NCBI GenBank assembly: GCA_038120295.1
Contig: JAYOLL010000004.1
Coordinates: 5,421-69,420, forward strand
Length of the DNA stretch: 64,000 nt
Source of the DNA: Rhodospirillales bacterium
GTDB taxonomy: Bacteria > Pseudomonadota > Alphaproteobacteria > MPNO01 > UBA2964
Direction: 5' to 3'
The translations under genes were made by a program, and so were the position numbers. Under the pieces are notes generated by a model that saw nothing but the letters and a program-made list of their open reading frames with translations, did not search any database and had not been told where the DNA came from. Position 1 is the first letter of the stretch; each line of letters starts with the position of its first letter. Of this stretch, positions 31,405 to 40,832 are shown piece after piece.

Positions 31405-33048
31405 GTGAGCGACTATCGGGACGTTATCTATACGGATGACTGGAAGGCCTTTCAGGACCCGGAAATTCCGGAATATTTCAACCCGACCGAGATCGTGCTC
31501 GACAAGCATATGGGCACGACGACGGGAAAGAAGACCGCGCTGATCTGCGACGACGACAGCTACAGCTACGAGGAATTTCTCGGCCATGTCTGCCGCGCCG
31601 CCAACGGGCTCAAGACGCTCAATATCGAAACCGGGAGCCGCATCCTGCTGTTCGGCACGGATTCGGTTGAATTCCTCGCCACCTGGTTCGGCGCGGTGCG
31701 TGCCGGTATCGTGCCGGTGGTCGTGTCCGACGCCTACAAGGCGGAAAACCTGCTCTACTTCCTGCGCGACACGGCGGCGAAGACGCTGTTCATCGATGCC
31801 GAACAGACTGAAAAGCTGGCCGCCATATCCGAAGATATTCCGTGGACCGTCGCCAATGTGGTCGTGCGCGGCGACGATATTGCGGACGCACCCGAGTCCG
31901 GCGATCGCGAGACGCTGACCTATGGCGAGATGGTCGAAGGCCATCCCTTTACCTTTTCGCCGGTGCCGCTGCACCAGAACGACGTTACCTATATGTTCTA
32001 TTCGGGCGGCACGACGGGGACGGCCAAGGGCATCACCCATCTGGCGCACGATTTCTATCTGGTGCCCGAGCGGCACGGCCCGTTCATCGGCTACAAGCCG
32101 AGCGACGTCGTCCACGCCACCTCGAAAAAATACTTCACCCACGGCATCTGGCCGGGCGTGCTGATTCCGTTCTATTTCGGGGCCACCAGCCTGATTTCGC
32201 GCCTGCCGCCGTCACCCGACAACGTGGTCGCGCTGGTCGAAGCGCACAAGCCGTCGATCATGATCACGGTGCCGACCATCCTGAAGAACATCATGCTGTT
32301 CGCCGAGCAGAACCGCGTGCCCAACTTCTCGTCGCTATCGGTGGTGACGTCTGCATCGGAAAAAATGCCGCCCGAAGTGTTCGAAAAATTCGAGGAGCTG
32401 TTCGGGCTCGAGATCCTCGATTCCATCGGCTCGTCCGAGATCACCTACGAATGGATCGCCAACCGGCCCAGCGATTACCGGCGCGGTTCGCTCGGCCGGC
32501 CGGTCTACGGCATCGAGGTCAAGCTGGTCGACGATGACGGCAACGAGGTCACCGAGCCCAATACCGATGGCGAAGCGCTGATCAAAAGCCGGACCACCTG
32601 CTTCTACTACTGGCGCAAGCTGGACAAGTCGCGTGACACGTTCATCGGCGAATGGGCGCGTACCGGCGACACGCTGATGTTCGACGAGGACGGTTATTTC
32701 TGGTTCTCGGGCCGTTCCGACGACGTGTTCAAGGTCAAGGGTCTATGGGTCTCGCCCATCGAGGTCGAGGCGGCGATCACCCAGAACGACGCCGTACTTG
32801 AAGCCGCCGTCGTGTCGTATGAGGACACTGACGGGCTGACCAAGCCCAAGGCGTTTATCGTGCTCAAGCCCGGTGTTGAGGTGACCGACGCGCTGGTCAA
32901 GGAAATCAGGGACGGCGTCCGCGCCATCGGCGGCTATAAGGTGCCGGAAGAGATGGATTTCGTTGCCGAGCTGCCGCGCACAACGCTCATGAAGATTGAC
33001 CGCCGCGCGCTGCGCGAGATGGAAGCCGAGAAGCGCGGGCAGCGATAA
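31405..33048 (+). CDS. AMP-dependent acid-CoA ligase, benzoate-CoA ligase clade
   Basis: YSGGTTGTAKG; IGSSE; TGD; GRSDDVFKVKG.WVSP.EVE; LPRT...KI.R. Confidence 0.88.
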   Translation: MSDYRDVIYTDDWKAFQDPEIPEYFNPTEIVLDKHMGTTTGKKTALICDDDSYSYEEFLGHVCRAANGLKTLNIETGSRILLFGTDSVEFLATWFGAVRAGIVPVVVSDAYKAENLLYFLRDTAAKTLFIDAEQTEKLAAISEDIPWTVANVVVRGDDIADAPESGDRETLTYGEMVEGHPFTFSPVPLHQNDVTYMFYSGGTTGTAKGITHLAHDFYLVPERHGPFIGYKPSDVVHATSKKYFTHGIWPGVLIPFYFGATSLISRLPPSPDNVVALVEAHKPSIMITVPTILKNIMLFAEQNRVPNFSSLSVVTSASEKMPPEVFEKFEELFGLEILDSIGSSEITYEWIANRPSDYRRGSLGRPVYGIEVKLVDDDGNEVTEPNTDGEALIKSRTTCFYYWRKLDKSRDTFIGEWARTGDTLMFDEDGYFWFSGRSDDVFKVKGLWVSPIEVEAAITQNDAVLEAAVVSYEDTDGLTKPKAFIVLKPGVEVTDALVKEIRDGVRAIGGYKVPEEMDFVAELPRTTLMKIDRRALREMEAEKRGQR

Positions 33049-33130
33049 GGGCGGCGTCTCGAAGGACGGTCTGGACCGGCGGGCTCCGCGACCCGAAATC
33101 ACCCGTGCCCACTGTGGGCTGTCGCAGATA

Positions 33131-34153
33131 TCAAACGCGGCTGTAGCGGTATATGCCGTCGCTGCCTTCGTTCCGTTCGAACCGCCCATCCGTCACCAGA
33201 TAGTTCGCATGCGCCAGCGCTTCGCCAATGGCGAAGCCGTACTGATGGCGGTCGAGTTTGCGACGAAACAGGAAGGGAATCAGGTCGGCAGCCGTCATCG
33301 GCTCATCGCAGGCGTCGTATGCCGCCGTCAGCCGTTCGTCGTGATGCTCGCCCAGCGCCTCGAGCCTGTCGTGCAGACCGTAAAACGGCCGGTCGTGAGA
33401 CGGCAGGATCAGCGCGTCCAGCGGCAGGTCGGCGAATTTCTTCAGGCTTTCGAGATACAGCCGGAGCGGGTCGCCGTCCGGTTCGACGCACTGCACACTG
33501 ATGTTCGTGGAAATGCGCGGCAGGACCTGGTCGCCTGAGATCAGGACGTTCAGATCGGCGCACCATAGTGCGGCGTGTTCGGGAGAATGGCCGCCGCCGG
33601 TAATAACGCGCCATTTCTTGCCGTCGATCTCGAACGCGTCGCCGTCGTTGATCCGGTGAAACCCGATCGGCAACTCAGTGATGATTTTCGAGAAATCCGG
33701 GCGCGTTTCCACATAGCCCGCCGCGCCCTCGTCATCCATACCGTTCTTCGCGTAGAAAGCGAGGCGCGCATCGATATCGGCAGTCGGCCCGTTATAGCGG
33801 TTGAGCTGCGCCTGCAGCCATTCCGAATAGGTCATCCAGACCGGAGCGTCGAACCGGCTCGCCATCCAGCCTGCCAGAGAAATATGGTCGGGGTGGAAAT
33901 GGGTGACGATAATCCGCCGGACCGGTTTGCCGTCGAGCGCGGTCGCGAAGACGTTCTCCCAGTAGTCGAGCGTTTCCTCGCTGTTATAGCCCGTATCGAT
34001 AACGGTCCAGCCGTCGCCGTCGGCCAGCAGCCACAAATTGATATGGTTCAGCGCAAACGGCAGCGCCATGCGGATCCACAGGATTCCGGGTGCGACCTCG
34101 CGTACCCCGCCATAGTCCAGCGTTTCATACGGATATTCCGGTTTCGCCGCCAT
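33131..34153 (-). CDS. MBL-fold metallo-hydrolase
   Basis: LPFALNHIN; IDTG; THFHPDH; GHSPEH; SGDQVLP; LPSH. Confidence 0.9.
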   Translation of the reverse strand: MAAKPEYPYETLDYGGVREVAPGILWIRMALPFALNHINLWLLADGDGWTVIDTGYNSEETLDYWENVFATALDGKPVRRIIVTHFHPDHISLAGWMASRFDAPVWMTYSEWLQAQLNRYNGPTADIDARLAFYAKNGMDDEGAAGYVETRPDFSKIITELPIGFHRINDGDAFEIDGKKWRVITGGGHSPEHAALWCADLNVLISGDQVLPRISTNISVQCVEPDGDPLRLYLESLKKFADLPLDALILPSHDRPFYGLHDRLEALGEHHDERLTAAYDACDEPMTAADLIPFLFRRKLDRHQYGFAIGEALAHANYLVTDGRFERNEGSDGIYRYSRV

Positions 34154-34206
34154 CAGGGCGTCACGTCCGGCGGATATCGGCGATCCATGAACCTGATGGC
34201 GGCCGT

Positions 34207-34977
34207 TCAGCTGTCGCTGCGTGGCAGGTCGCCCAGAGCCGCGAAAGGGTTGTCGCTGCCCGGCTGTGCGGATTCGCCGGCGGCCTCTGGTTCCGGCGCC
34301 ATGGGCGGAATATGCTCCGCAAATGGCGCGGTGGCAGTCTCCATAGCATCAGGGGCAGGTTCAGCAACCGTCGCGGGAGAGGCTTCCCCTGCGGCTTCCG
34401 CTTCCGCCACTGCTGCTTTTGCGGCTTCCTTGGCGGCGCGTTTCTCGGCGTTCTCGACCAGACGGCGCGCCTTGTCGATGGCGGCGCTTAGATCGTCGCG
34501 GTCGACCAGACCCAGCGCTACCGGATCGCGCGGCTTGATGTTGTTCATGTTCCAGTGGGTGCGATCCCGCACCGCAACAATGGTCGGCTTGGTGGTGCCG
34601 ATCAGCCGTCCGATCTGCCCGTCGGACAGTTCGGGGAAGTTCTTGACCAGCCAGGCGATGGCGTCCGGCTTGTCCTGCCGCTTGGCGACCGGCGTATAGC
34701 GCGGGCCCTTGGTCCGCGTCGACGGGCGCGGCACATTCGCTTCCGCCATCTGCAACTTGGCCGAGGGATCCGCCTGGCAGCGGTCGATTTCTTCCTTGGT
34801 AAGCTGTCCGTTGGCGATGGGGTCGAAGCCGACCATGCCGATCGCGGTCTCATCGTCGGCGATCGACTGCACTTCCAGCGGGTGCAGGCCGCAGAACTCG
34901 GAAACCTGATCGAAGGTCAGGGCCGTGTTCTCGATCAGCCAGACGGCGGTCGCCTTGGGCATCAGAACGTGGTTCAT
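34207..34977 (-). CDS. trcR: DUF1013 family protein (TrcR-like RNA polymerase-associated regulator)
   Basis: LMPKATAVWL..NTALTF.Q...FCGLH.LEV; GPRYTPVAKRQDKPDAI; GTTKPTI; RTHWN. Confidence 0.85.
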   Translation of the reverse strand: MNHVLMPKATAVWLIENTALTFDQVSEFCGLHPLEVQSIADDETAIGMVGFDPIANGQLTKEEIDRCQADPSAKLQMAEANVPRPSTRTKGPRYTPVAKRQDKPDAIAWLVKNFPELSDGQIGRLIGTTKPTIVAVRDRTHWNMNNIKPRDPVALGLVDRDDLSAAIDKARRLVENAEKRAAKEAAKAAVAEAEAAGEASPATVAEPAPDAMETATAPFAEHIPPMAPEPEAAGESAQPGSDNPFAALGDLPRSDS

Positions 34978-35101
34978 ATGAATTCTCCTATAGCAGAATG
35001 CAGGCGCAGCACCCCCGTCGCCGGACCGTCAGCCGCCTCGGAAATTCGAAAGCAGTGGGTGGTCTGGTGCAGCGGTATGACCGGAAGGTCCCGCGCCGCC
35101 A

Positions 35102-36103
35102 TCAAACAGTGAGCACGATTTTACCGATATGCGCGCTCGTGTCCATCAAAGCGTGCGCTTCCGATGCGTTTGAGAGGGGAAAGGTCTCGTATATCAGCGG
35201 TTTGACCGTTCCGGCCTCAAGCATCGGCCAGACTTCGGCACGGAGCGCGTCGGCGATCGCGGCCTTGGCTGGCACGGGACGGGCGCGTAGCGTCGATCCG
35301 GTGAACACGATCTGCTTGATCATGATCAGATGGAGCGCGATTTCCGCCTTGGTGCCTTTCTGGACCGCAATCTGGACCAGCCGTCCGCCCTGTCCCAGAG
35401 CGTTCAGGTTGCGCACCGCGTAATCGCCGCCGACCATATCGAGGATGACGTCGACGCCCTTGCCTCCGGTGACTTCCTTCACGAGTTCGACGAAATCCTC
35501 GTCCCGGTAATTGATGGCGCGGTCGGCGCCCAGCTTTTCGCAGGCGGCGCATTTTTCCGCCGATCCCGCGGTGACGAAGACGGTCGCACCCCGCGCTTTT
35601 GCAAGCTGGATTGCGGTCGTGCCGATGCCTGACGAGCCTCCATGCACCAGCAGCGTTTCGCCCTCTTTCAGGCCGCCGCGCGTAAATACGTTGTCCCAGA
35701 CGGTAAAAAACGTTTCCGGGACGGCGGCGGCCTCGATATCGCTTAAGGCGTCCGGTATGGGCAGACATTGCGGTGCGGGCGCGGTGCAATAGTCGGCATA
35801 CCCGCCGCCCGCCACCAGCGCACACACCCGGTCGCCGATCTTCCAGTCCCCGGCATTCGGCCCGAGAGCAACGATTTCGCCGGCGATTTCGAGTCCCGGA
35901 ATGTCTGACGCGCCCTTTGGCGGCGGGTACTGACCCTTCCGCTGCATCACGTCGGGCCGGTTGACGCCAGCGGCCGCCGCCCTGATCAGGACTTCGCCGT
36001 CGGCCGGTTCGGGAACGGGCCGCCGGGCCGGTTTAAGGACCTCGGGGCCGCCCGGCTCCGCGATTTCGATGGCGGTCATGCTGTCGGGCAGGGTATCGGA
36101 CAT
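35102..36103 (-). CDS. NAD(P)H-quinone oxidoreductase, PIG3 family
   Basis: GVNRPDVMQRKGQYPPP; PETFFTVW; HGGSSGIGT; HIGKIVL. Confidence 0.93.
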   Translation of the reverse strand: MSDTLPDSMTAIEIAEPGGPEVLKPARRPVPEPADGEVLIRAAAAGVNRPDVMQRKGQYPPPKGASDIPGLEIAGEIVALGPNAGDWKIGDRVCALVAGGGYADYCTAPAPQCLPIPDALSDIEAAAVPETFFTVWDNVFTRGGLKEGETLLVHGGSSGIGTTAIQLAKARGATVFVTAGSAEKCAACEKLGADRAINYRDEDFVELVKEVTGGKGVDVILDMVGGDYAVRNLNALGQGGRLVQIAVQKGTKAEIALHLIMIKQIVFTGSTLRARPVPAKAAIADALRAEVWPMLEAGTVKPLIYETFPLSNASEAHALMDTSAHIGKIVLTV

Positions 36104-36188
36104 TGCTTCGCTTCTTTCAGTTTCCAAACGGGTTGCAGGTCTATCCGTCCCGTTTCAAACTGACAAGCCGCAACCGGGGATGCGAACG

Positions 36189-36371
36189 ATGGATGACGAA
36201 GACGATATCCGCCCGCTGGCCGAATGGGCGCCCAAAAATCTCGATACGATGTCGATCGAGCAGCTTGACGACTATGTGGCTGATCTCGAAAGGGAGATTG
36301 CGCGCGTACAGAACGAAATACGAGCCAAGAAAGAGCATATGAGCAGCGCTGAAGCGCTTTTTAAGAAATAG
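36189..36371 (+). CDS. DUF1192 family small coiled-coil protein
   Basis: LDTMSIEQL...IA.LE.EI.R.....K.....AEALFK, in its usual position next to the PIG3 oxidoreductase. Confidence 0.85.
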   Translation: MDDEDDIRPLAEWAPKNLDTMSIEQLDDYVADLEREIARVQNEIRAKKEHMSSAEALFKK

Positions 36372-36447
36372 AGCCGTCCGGTTCGGCACGGAAACGGTGA
36401 AGACTGGCGACAGAAAAAATTATTGAATTTGGATAAAATTATTTTTG

Positions 36448-36462
36448 TTAACCATTTTTTAA
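36448..36462. promoter_or_regulatory. CtrA binding site (perfect full site)
   Basis: TTAA-CCATTTT-TTAA matches TTAA-N7-TTAA and also contains the TTAACCAT half-site. Confidence 0.75.
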
Positions 36463-36486
36463 TCTGCGGAAATTATTTTCCATTCT

Positions 36487-36583
36487 GACGGTTGGGTATC
36501 CCGCCGTTACGTCAATGGATCCTCATCCCATCCTTTTGACGCCTCCCTGTTGAACTAGAGCCGCCTTCGGGCGGCTCTTTTTT
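36487..36583 (+). ncRNA. Candidate trans-acting sRNA with anti-Shine-Dalgarno-like motifs; 5' end approximate
   Basis: No ORF. Hairpin gtcaatggat/atccttttgac with a CCUCAUCCC loop, single-stranded GCCUCCCUG, and its own terminator; CtrA box upstream. Confidence 0.6.
36557..36583 (+). terminator. Rho-independent terminator
   Basis: agagccgcc-ttcg-ggcggctct followed by a T-run. Confidence 0.9.
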
Positions 36584-36738
36584 CTTTTGCAGGAAGGAGG
36601 GGCCGAGCGAGTACGCCTGTCCGGCCAATGACGAACAGTGTTTGCCCGACATTAACAGTGGCATGGTAAAACAGGGTCAGACCGGTGTACGACCCGCCAG
36701 CCTGAACTGAAATCGCTCACAGGAAGACAGACAGAATA

Positions 36739-37134
36739 GTGCCCGATCCGGAAACAGCCTCACCGTTCGTCGAACGCGCCTATAGCGAATCCTACGATCT
36801 CCTCGTCGCCCTCAGAGACTATATCGCCGGGCCGATGGAAGAAGAGGCGGCGACGCTGGATGCCGGCGACCGCATGCATATGGTCCGCGTGCTGTCGGGT
36901 ATTACCCGGCAGATGACGGATATCATGGCATGGCTGATGCTTCAGAAGGCGGTCAGCTCAGGCGAATTGTCGCCGGAAGCGGCTGACAGCGAACCGGCGG
37001 CGAGCCTCGAAGCAGTATTCGAGGAGTCGGATGTTCTGAATTCCAAGAAGCTGGAAAACATGCCGCTCGCCGTCCGCGGGCATGTCGACCGCTGCCGGCG
37101 TATAGCGGCGCTCGTCAGTCAGCTGAACCGGTAA
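36739..37134 (+). CDS. rcdA: DUF1465 family protein (RcdA-like ClpXP adaptor)
   Basis: Y.E...L....RDY; T.QMTDIMAWLMLQKAV..GE; convergent with rpmE as is usual in Alphaproteobacteria. Confidence 0.7.
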   Translation: MPDPETASPFVERAYSESYDLLVALRDYIAGPMEEEAATLDAGDRMHMVRVLSGITRQMTDIMAWLMLQKAVSSGELSPEAADSEPAASLEAVFEESDVLNSKKLENMPLAVRGHVDRCRRIAALVSQLNR

Positions 37135-37146
37135 GAAGGGCGGTGC

Positions 37147-37162
37147 CCGACCGAAAGGTCGG
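37147..37162. terminator. GNRA-loop hairpin between convergent rcdA-like and rpmE
   Basis: ccgacc-gaaa-ggtcgg. Confidence 0.5.
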
Positions 37163-37384
37163 TCAGATTCCGAACCCTTCGAACTTCTTGTTGAACTTGG
37201 CGACCTGGCCGTCCTGGGTATTCAGCCGGGCCGCGCCGCCCGTCCACGCCGGATGGCTGAGCGGATCGATGTCGAGCTTCATCGTGTCGCCGGGGCTGCC
37301 CCAGGTCGAGCGCGTCTGATAGGTGGTGCCATCTGTCATCACGACGGTGATTTCGTGATATTCGGGATGAATCTCAACTTTCAT
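37163..37384 (-). CDS. rpmE: 50S ribosomal protein L31 (no Zn-ribbon Cys)
   Basis: [16 protein letters not shown]...TRSTWG....[13 protein letters not shown]...KFNKKF. Confidence 0.96.
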   Translation of the reverse strand: MKVEIHPEYHEITVVMTDGTTYQTRSTWGSPGDTMKLDIDPLSHPAWTGGAARLNTQDGQVAKFNKKFEGFGI

Positions 37385-37554
37385 CGGTTCCTCCAGCGTA
37401 GGCGGGGGTTATACACGAACTGCGGACATTGTCGCAAGCGCTTATAATCAACAGATTGACGCGCGCCAGCCGTAGTGGTTGTTAGAGCGCACAGGGCCGT
37501 GTCGAGCGTGGTTTTCGATGTCCGGCGGTCTTGCAGGATGCATCTGGAGTAGCA

Positions 37555-39405
37555 ATGGCACGACGAAGCAGGCAACGGGCGGACGGAGGCGCGCCCGCGG
37601 CAGAGGAGAGACCGCGCGCTGCGGTCGGTGCGCTGCGCGGCATTCTGCCCTATCTCTCGCCCTACAAGGCGGCGATCGCGGGCGCACTGGTCGCGCTGAC
37701 CGTCGCTGCCAGCGCCGTGCTGGTCATGGGCGTCGGGCTGCGCGAACTGGTCGACGAAGGTTTTCGCAGCGGCAGCCGCGACCTTCTCGATAATGCGCTT
37801 GTCGGTTTGCTGGCGGTGATCGTTGCGCTGACGGCGGCGACCTATACGCGGTTTTTCCTCGTGTCCTGGATCGGCGAAAGGGTGGTCGCCGACTTGCGTT
37901 GCAACGTGTTCAACCACGTGCTGTCGCTCGATCCGGGCTTTTTCGAGGAAACGAGGGTCGGCGAAGTCCTGTCCCGCCTGACGACCGACACCACGCTCCT
38001 GCAATCCGTCGTCGGCTCTCAGGTATCGGTTGCGCTGCGCAACCTGCTGCTGCTGACGGGCGGCACGGCGATGCTGATCATTACCAGCCCACGGCTGACC
38101 GGCTTCGTATTTCTGGTGGTGCCTCTGGTGGTGGCGCCCATCGTGCTGCTGGGACGGCGCGTGCGCCGCCTGTCGCGCGCCAGCCAGGACCGGGTCGCCG
38201 ATGTCGGCGCCTATATCGACGAGACGCTGAACGCCATCCGCATCGTTCAGGCGTTCGGGCACGAAGGTATCGACCGCACCCGCTTTGGCGCGCGCGTCAC
38301 CGATGCTCTCGGCACGGCTGTGCGCCGAATCCGCATGCGCGCCGCCCTGACCGCCATCGTCATGATGCTGGTGTTCGGCTCCGTCGGCGTCATCCTGTGG
38401 CTCGGCGGGCATGACGTGCTTGAAGGTCGCATTACAGCTGGCGAACTTTCGGCGTTTGTCTTTTATGCCGTCGTCGTTGCGGGGTCTGTCGGCGCGATCA
38501 GCGAGGTGATCGGCGATCTGCAGCGTGCTGCCGGCGCCAGCGAAAGGCTGATGGAACTGCTGGCGACACCCGCAGGGTTGTCTTCCCCGGAGGCGCCGGT
38601 CGCTCTCCCCGAGCCTGCGACTGGAGCCGTGTCGCTTGACGGCGTCACTTTCCATTACCCCTCGAGGCCCGATACGTCGGCAATCCGCGAGTTTTCGCTG
38701 GACGTGGCGCCAGGCGAAACGGTCGCCCTGGTCGGGCCGTCCGGTGCCGGGAAATCGACGGTCTTCCAGCTTCTGCTGCGATTCTACGATCCTGCATCGG
38801 GGCGCATAAAACTCGACGGTGTGGATCTGCGCGATGCCGACCTGGCCGCACTGAGAAACAGGATCGCTATTGTGCCCCAGGATGCCGTGATTTTCGCCGC
38901 CGACGCCTGGGAGAATATCGGATACGGTCGCCCAGGTGCGACGCGCGACGAAATCCGCGCGGCGGCGGACGCGGCGCATGCGACAGAATTCCTCGAAGCG
39001 CTTCCCGAAGGGTTCGATTCCTTCCTCGGCGAGCGCGGCGTTCGGCTGTCCGGCGGGCAGAGGCAGCGCATCGCCATCGCGCGGGCGATTCTGCGCAATG
39101 CACCCTTGCTGCTCCTCGACGAAGCGACCAGCGCCCTTGATGCGGAAAGCGAACGCAATGTCCAGCAGGCGCTCGACGGGCTGATGAAGGGCCGTACCAC
39201 ACTGGTCATTGCACACCGGCTCGCTACCGTTCTGAAGGCAGACCGGATCGTGGTCATGGACCGCGGCGGCATTGACGCCATCGGCACACATGAATCCCTG
39301 ATCGCCCAGGGCGGACTCTATGCGCGACTTGCGGAACTCCAGTTCGACCGGTTCGACGAACCGCCGGAAGAAGTTGCCGGCCTGCCGCTCGATGCGGCGG
39401 AGTAG
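37555..39405 (+). CDS. ABC exporter, fused permease/ATPase (MsbA-like)
   Basis: Six-TM domain; GPSGAGKS; LSGGQRQR; LLLDEATSALD; IAHRL. Confidence 0.93.
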   Translation: MARRSRQRADGGAPAAEERPRAAVGALRGILPYLSPYKAAIAGALVALTVAASAVLVMGVGLRELVDEGFRSGSRDLLDNALVGLLAVIVALTAATYTRFFLVSWIGERVVADLRCNVFNHVLSLDPGFFEETRVGEVLSRLTTDTTLLQSVVGSQVSVALRNLLLLTGGTAMLIITSPRLTGFVFLVVPLVVAPIVLLGRRVRRLSRASQDRVADVGAYIDETLNAIRIVQAFGHEGIDRTRFGARVTDALGTAVRRIRMRAALTAIVMMLVFGSVGVILWLGGHDVLEGRITAGELSAFVFYAVVVAGSVGAISEVIGDLQRAAGASERLMELLATPAGLSSPEAPVALPEPATGAVSLDGVTFHYPSRPDTSAIREFSLDVAPGETVALVGPSGAGKSTVFQLLLRFYDPASGRIKLDGVDLRDADLAALRNRIAIVPQDAVIFAADAWENIGYGRPGATRDEIRAAADAAHATEFLEALPEGFDSFLGERGVRLSGGQRQRIAIARAILRNAPLLLLDEATSALDAESERNVQQALDGLMKGRTTLVIAHRLATVLKADRIVVMDRGGIDAIGTHESLIAQGGLYARLAELQFDRFDEPPEEVAGLPLDAAE

Positions 39406-39410
39406 CGGAA

Positions 39411-40811
39411 TTAGCGGTTCGTTAGCTTGAATTCGATGCGCCGGTTCTGCGCCAGCGCGTTGACGGTTGCGCCCCGGTTGAGCGGGTGCTCCGCGCCGAA
39501 TCCGGCGGCGACAAGCCGGTTCGCCGGTATGCCGGCGGCGATTAGCTGCTTGACGACGGCAATGGCCCGCGCCGCTGACAGCTCCCAGTTCGATGGAAAC
39601 TGGACTGTGCGGATCGGTCTTATATCGGTGTGGCCGTCGACCCGCAGGACCCAGTCGATATCGGGTGGAATGCGGCCTGCAATTTCCTTGAGTGTCGCTG
39701 CAAGGCGTCGGATCTGGTCCGGCCCGACGCCGCTGAGATCGGCCGAGGCGGAGTCGAACAGCACTTCTGACTGAAACACGAACCGGTCGCCTTCGATACG
39801 GACTCCTTGTACGTTGCCGAGCGCGTCGCGCAGCTTACCGAAAAATTCCGATCGGTAGCGGGCCAGCTCAGCAACCTTGTTGGCGAGCGCGGCATTCAGC
39901 CTTTTGCCCAGATCCAGGATCTGAACGCTCTGTTCCCGCGCTCTGGCTTCCGACGTTTCAAGCGCCGCCGAGATGCGTGCCAGCTGTTGGCGGAGCGCAG
40001 CGAGCTGACGGTTAAGCAGCGTTACCTGGGCCGTCGCCCTGGCCGATACCTCTCGCTCGGTTGAGAGCAGGCTCTCCTGGGAATTTGAGCGTTCGCGCAA
40101 TGAGGTCAGTTCGGATCTGTTCGCTTCCAGCGCGGTTACAAGGTTCGAAACGCGCGCTCCAAGCGTTTCGATCTCCTTCTGCGCCAGGGCAGTGCGTTCC
40201 CGCTCGGTGGAGAGTTCTGCGGACAGCGTCTTGCTGCGGTCTCGCGCCGCCGTGAGAGCCGCCCGGTTCTCTTCCAGCGATGCGGCAAGGGCGGTGACCC
40301 TTTTTTCGAGTTCGTCCCGGACTTTCCGCAGGGCGGCTATATCGTTCTTGAGGGCCGCTATCGTACCCAGCTGTGTCCGGATCGACTCGCGATCCTCTTC
40401 GATTGTCTTCTGCGCTTCGGAGAGGCCGGTCTCCGCTTCGGTCGCTCGGGCAAGGGCCCGGTCGAGCGCAGCCTGCAGCTCATCCCGCTGTCCTCTCAGG
40501 GCCTCGATCTCCGCCGTCATGGCTTCGCGCGCGGCCGTCATGATCTGTATCTGGGAGGAAAGCTCGGACAGGTCGCTACGCAGATTCGCGTTTGCACGTC
40601 TCTCCAGAGCCAGCATCTCGCCGAGCTCCGCGACCTGTTTGTTCAATTGTTCCAGTGCGGCGTTCCGGCCAGACAGAAGGTCTGAGAGGAAGAATTGCGC
40701 CAGCGTAAAGATCATTAGCAGGAAGATGATGATGATCAGCAGCGTCGAAATCGCATCGACGAAGCCCGGCCAGATATCAGGGACGCTGCGTCGTCGAATT
40801 CGGGATGCCAT
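39411..40811 (-). CDS. MotB-like protein: TM helix with Asp, long coiled coil, OmpA-type peptidoglycan-binding domain
   Basis: WPGFVDAISTLL TM; heptad-rich middle; VDGHTD...SNWELSAARA...GFG...NRRIE. Confidence 0.88.
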   Translation of the reverse strand: MASRIRRRSVPDIWPGFVDAISTLLIIIIFLLMIFTLAQFFLSDLLSGRNAALEQLNKQVAELGEMLALERRANANLRSDLSELSSQIQIMTAAREAMTAEIEALRGQRDELQAALDRALARATEAETGLSEAQKTIEEDRESIRTQLGTIAALKNDIAALRKVRDELEKRVTALAASLEENRAALTAARDRSKTLSAELSTERERTALAQKEIETLGARVSNLVTALEANRSELTSLRERSNSQESLLSTEREVSARATAQVTLLNRQLAALRQQLARISAALETSEARAREQSVQILDLGKRLNAALANKVAELARYRSEFFGKLRDALGNVQGVRIEGDRFVFQSEVLFDSASADLSGVGPDQIRRLAATLKEIAGRIPPDIDWVLRVDGHTDIRPIRTVQFPSNWELSAARAIAVVKQLIAAGIPANRLVAAGFGAEHPLNRGATVNALAQNRRIEFKLTNR

Positions 40812-40832
40812 ATCTGTCGACCGCGCCGTTGC

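Noticed and set aside
37381-39291. 636-aa minus-strand ORF
   Set aside because: Antisense shadow of the ABC transporter.
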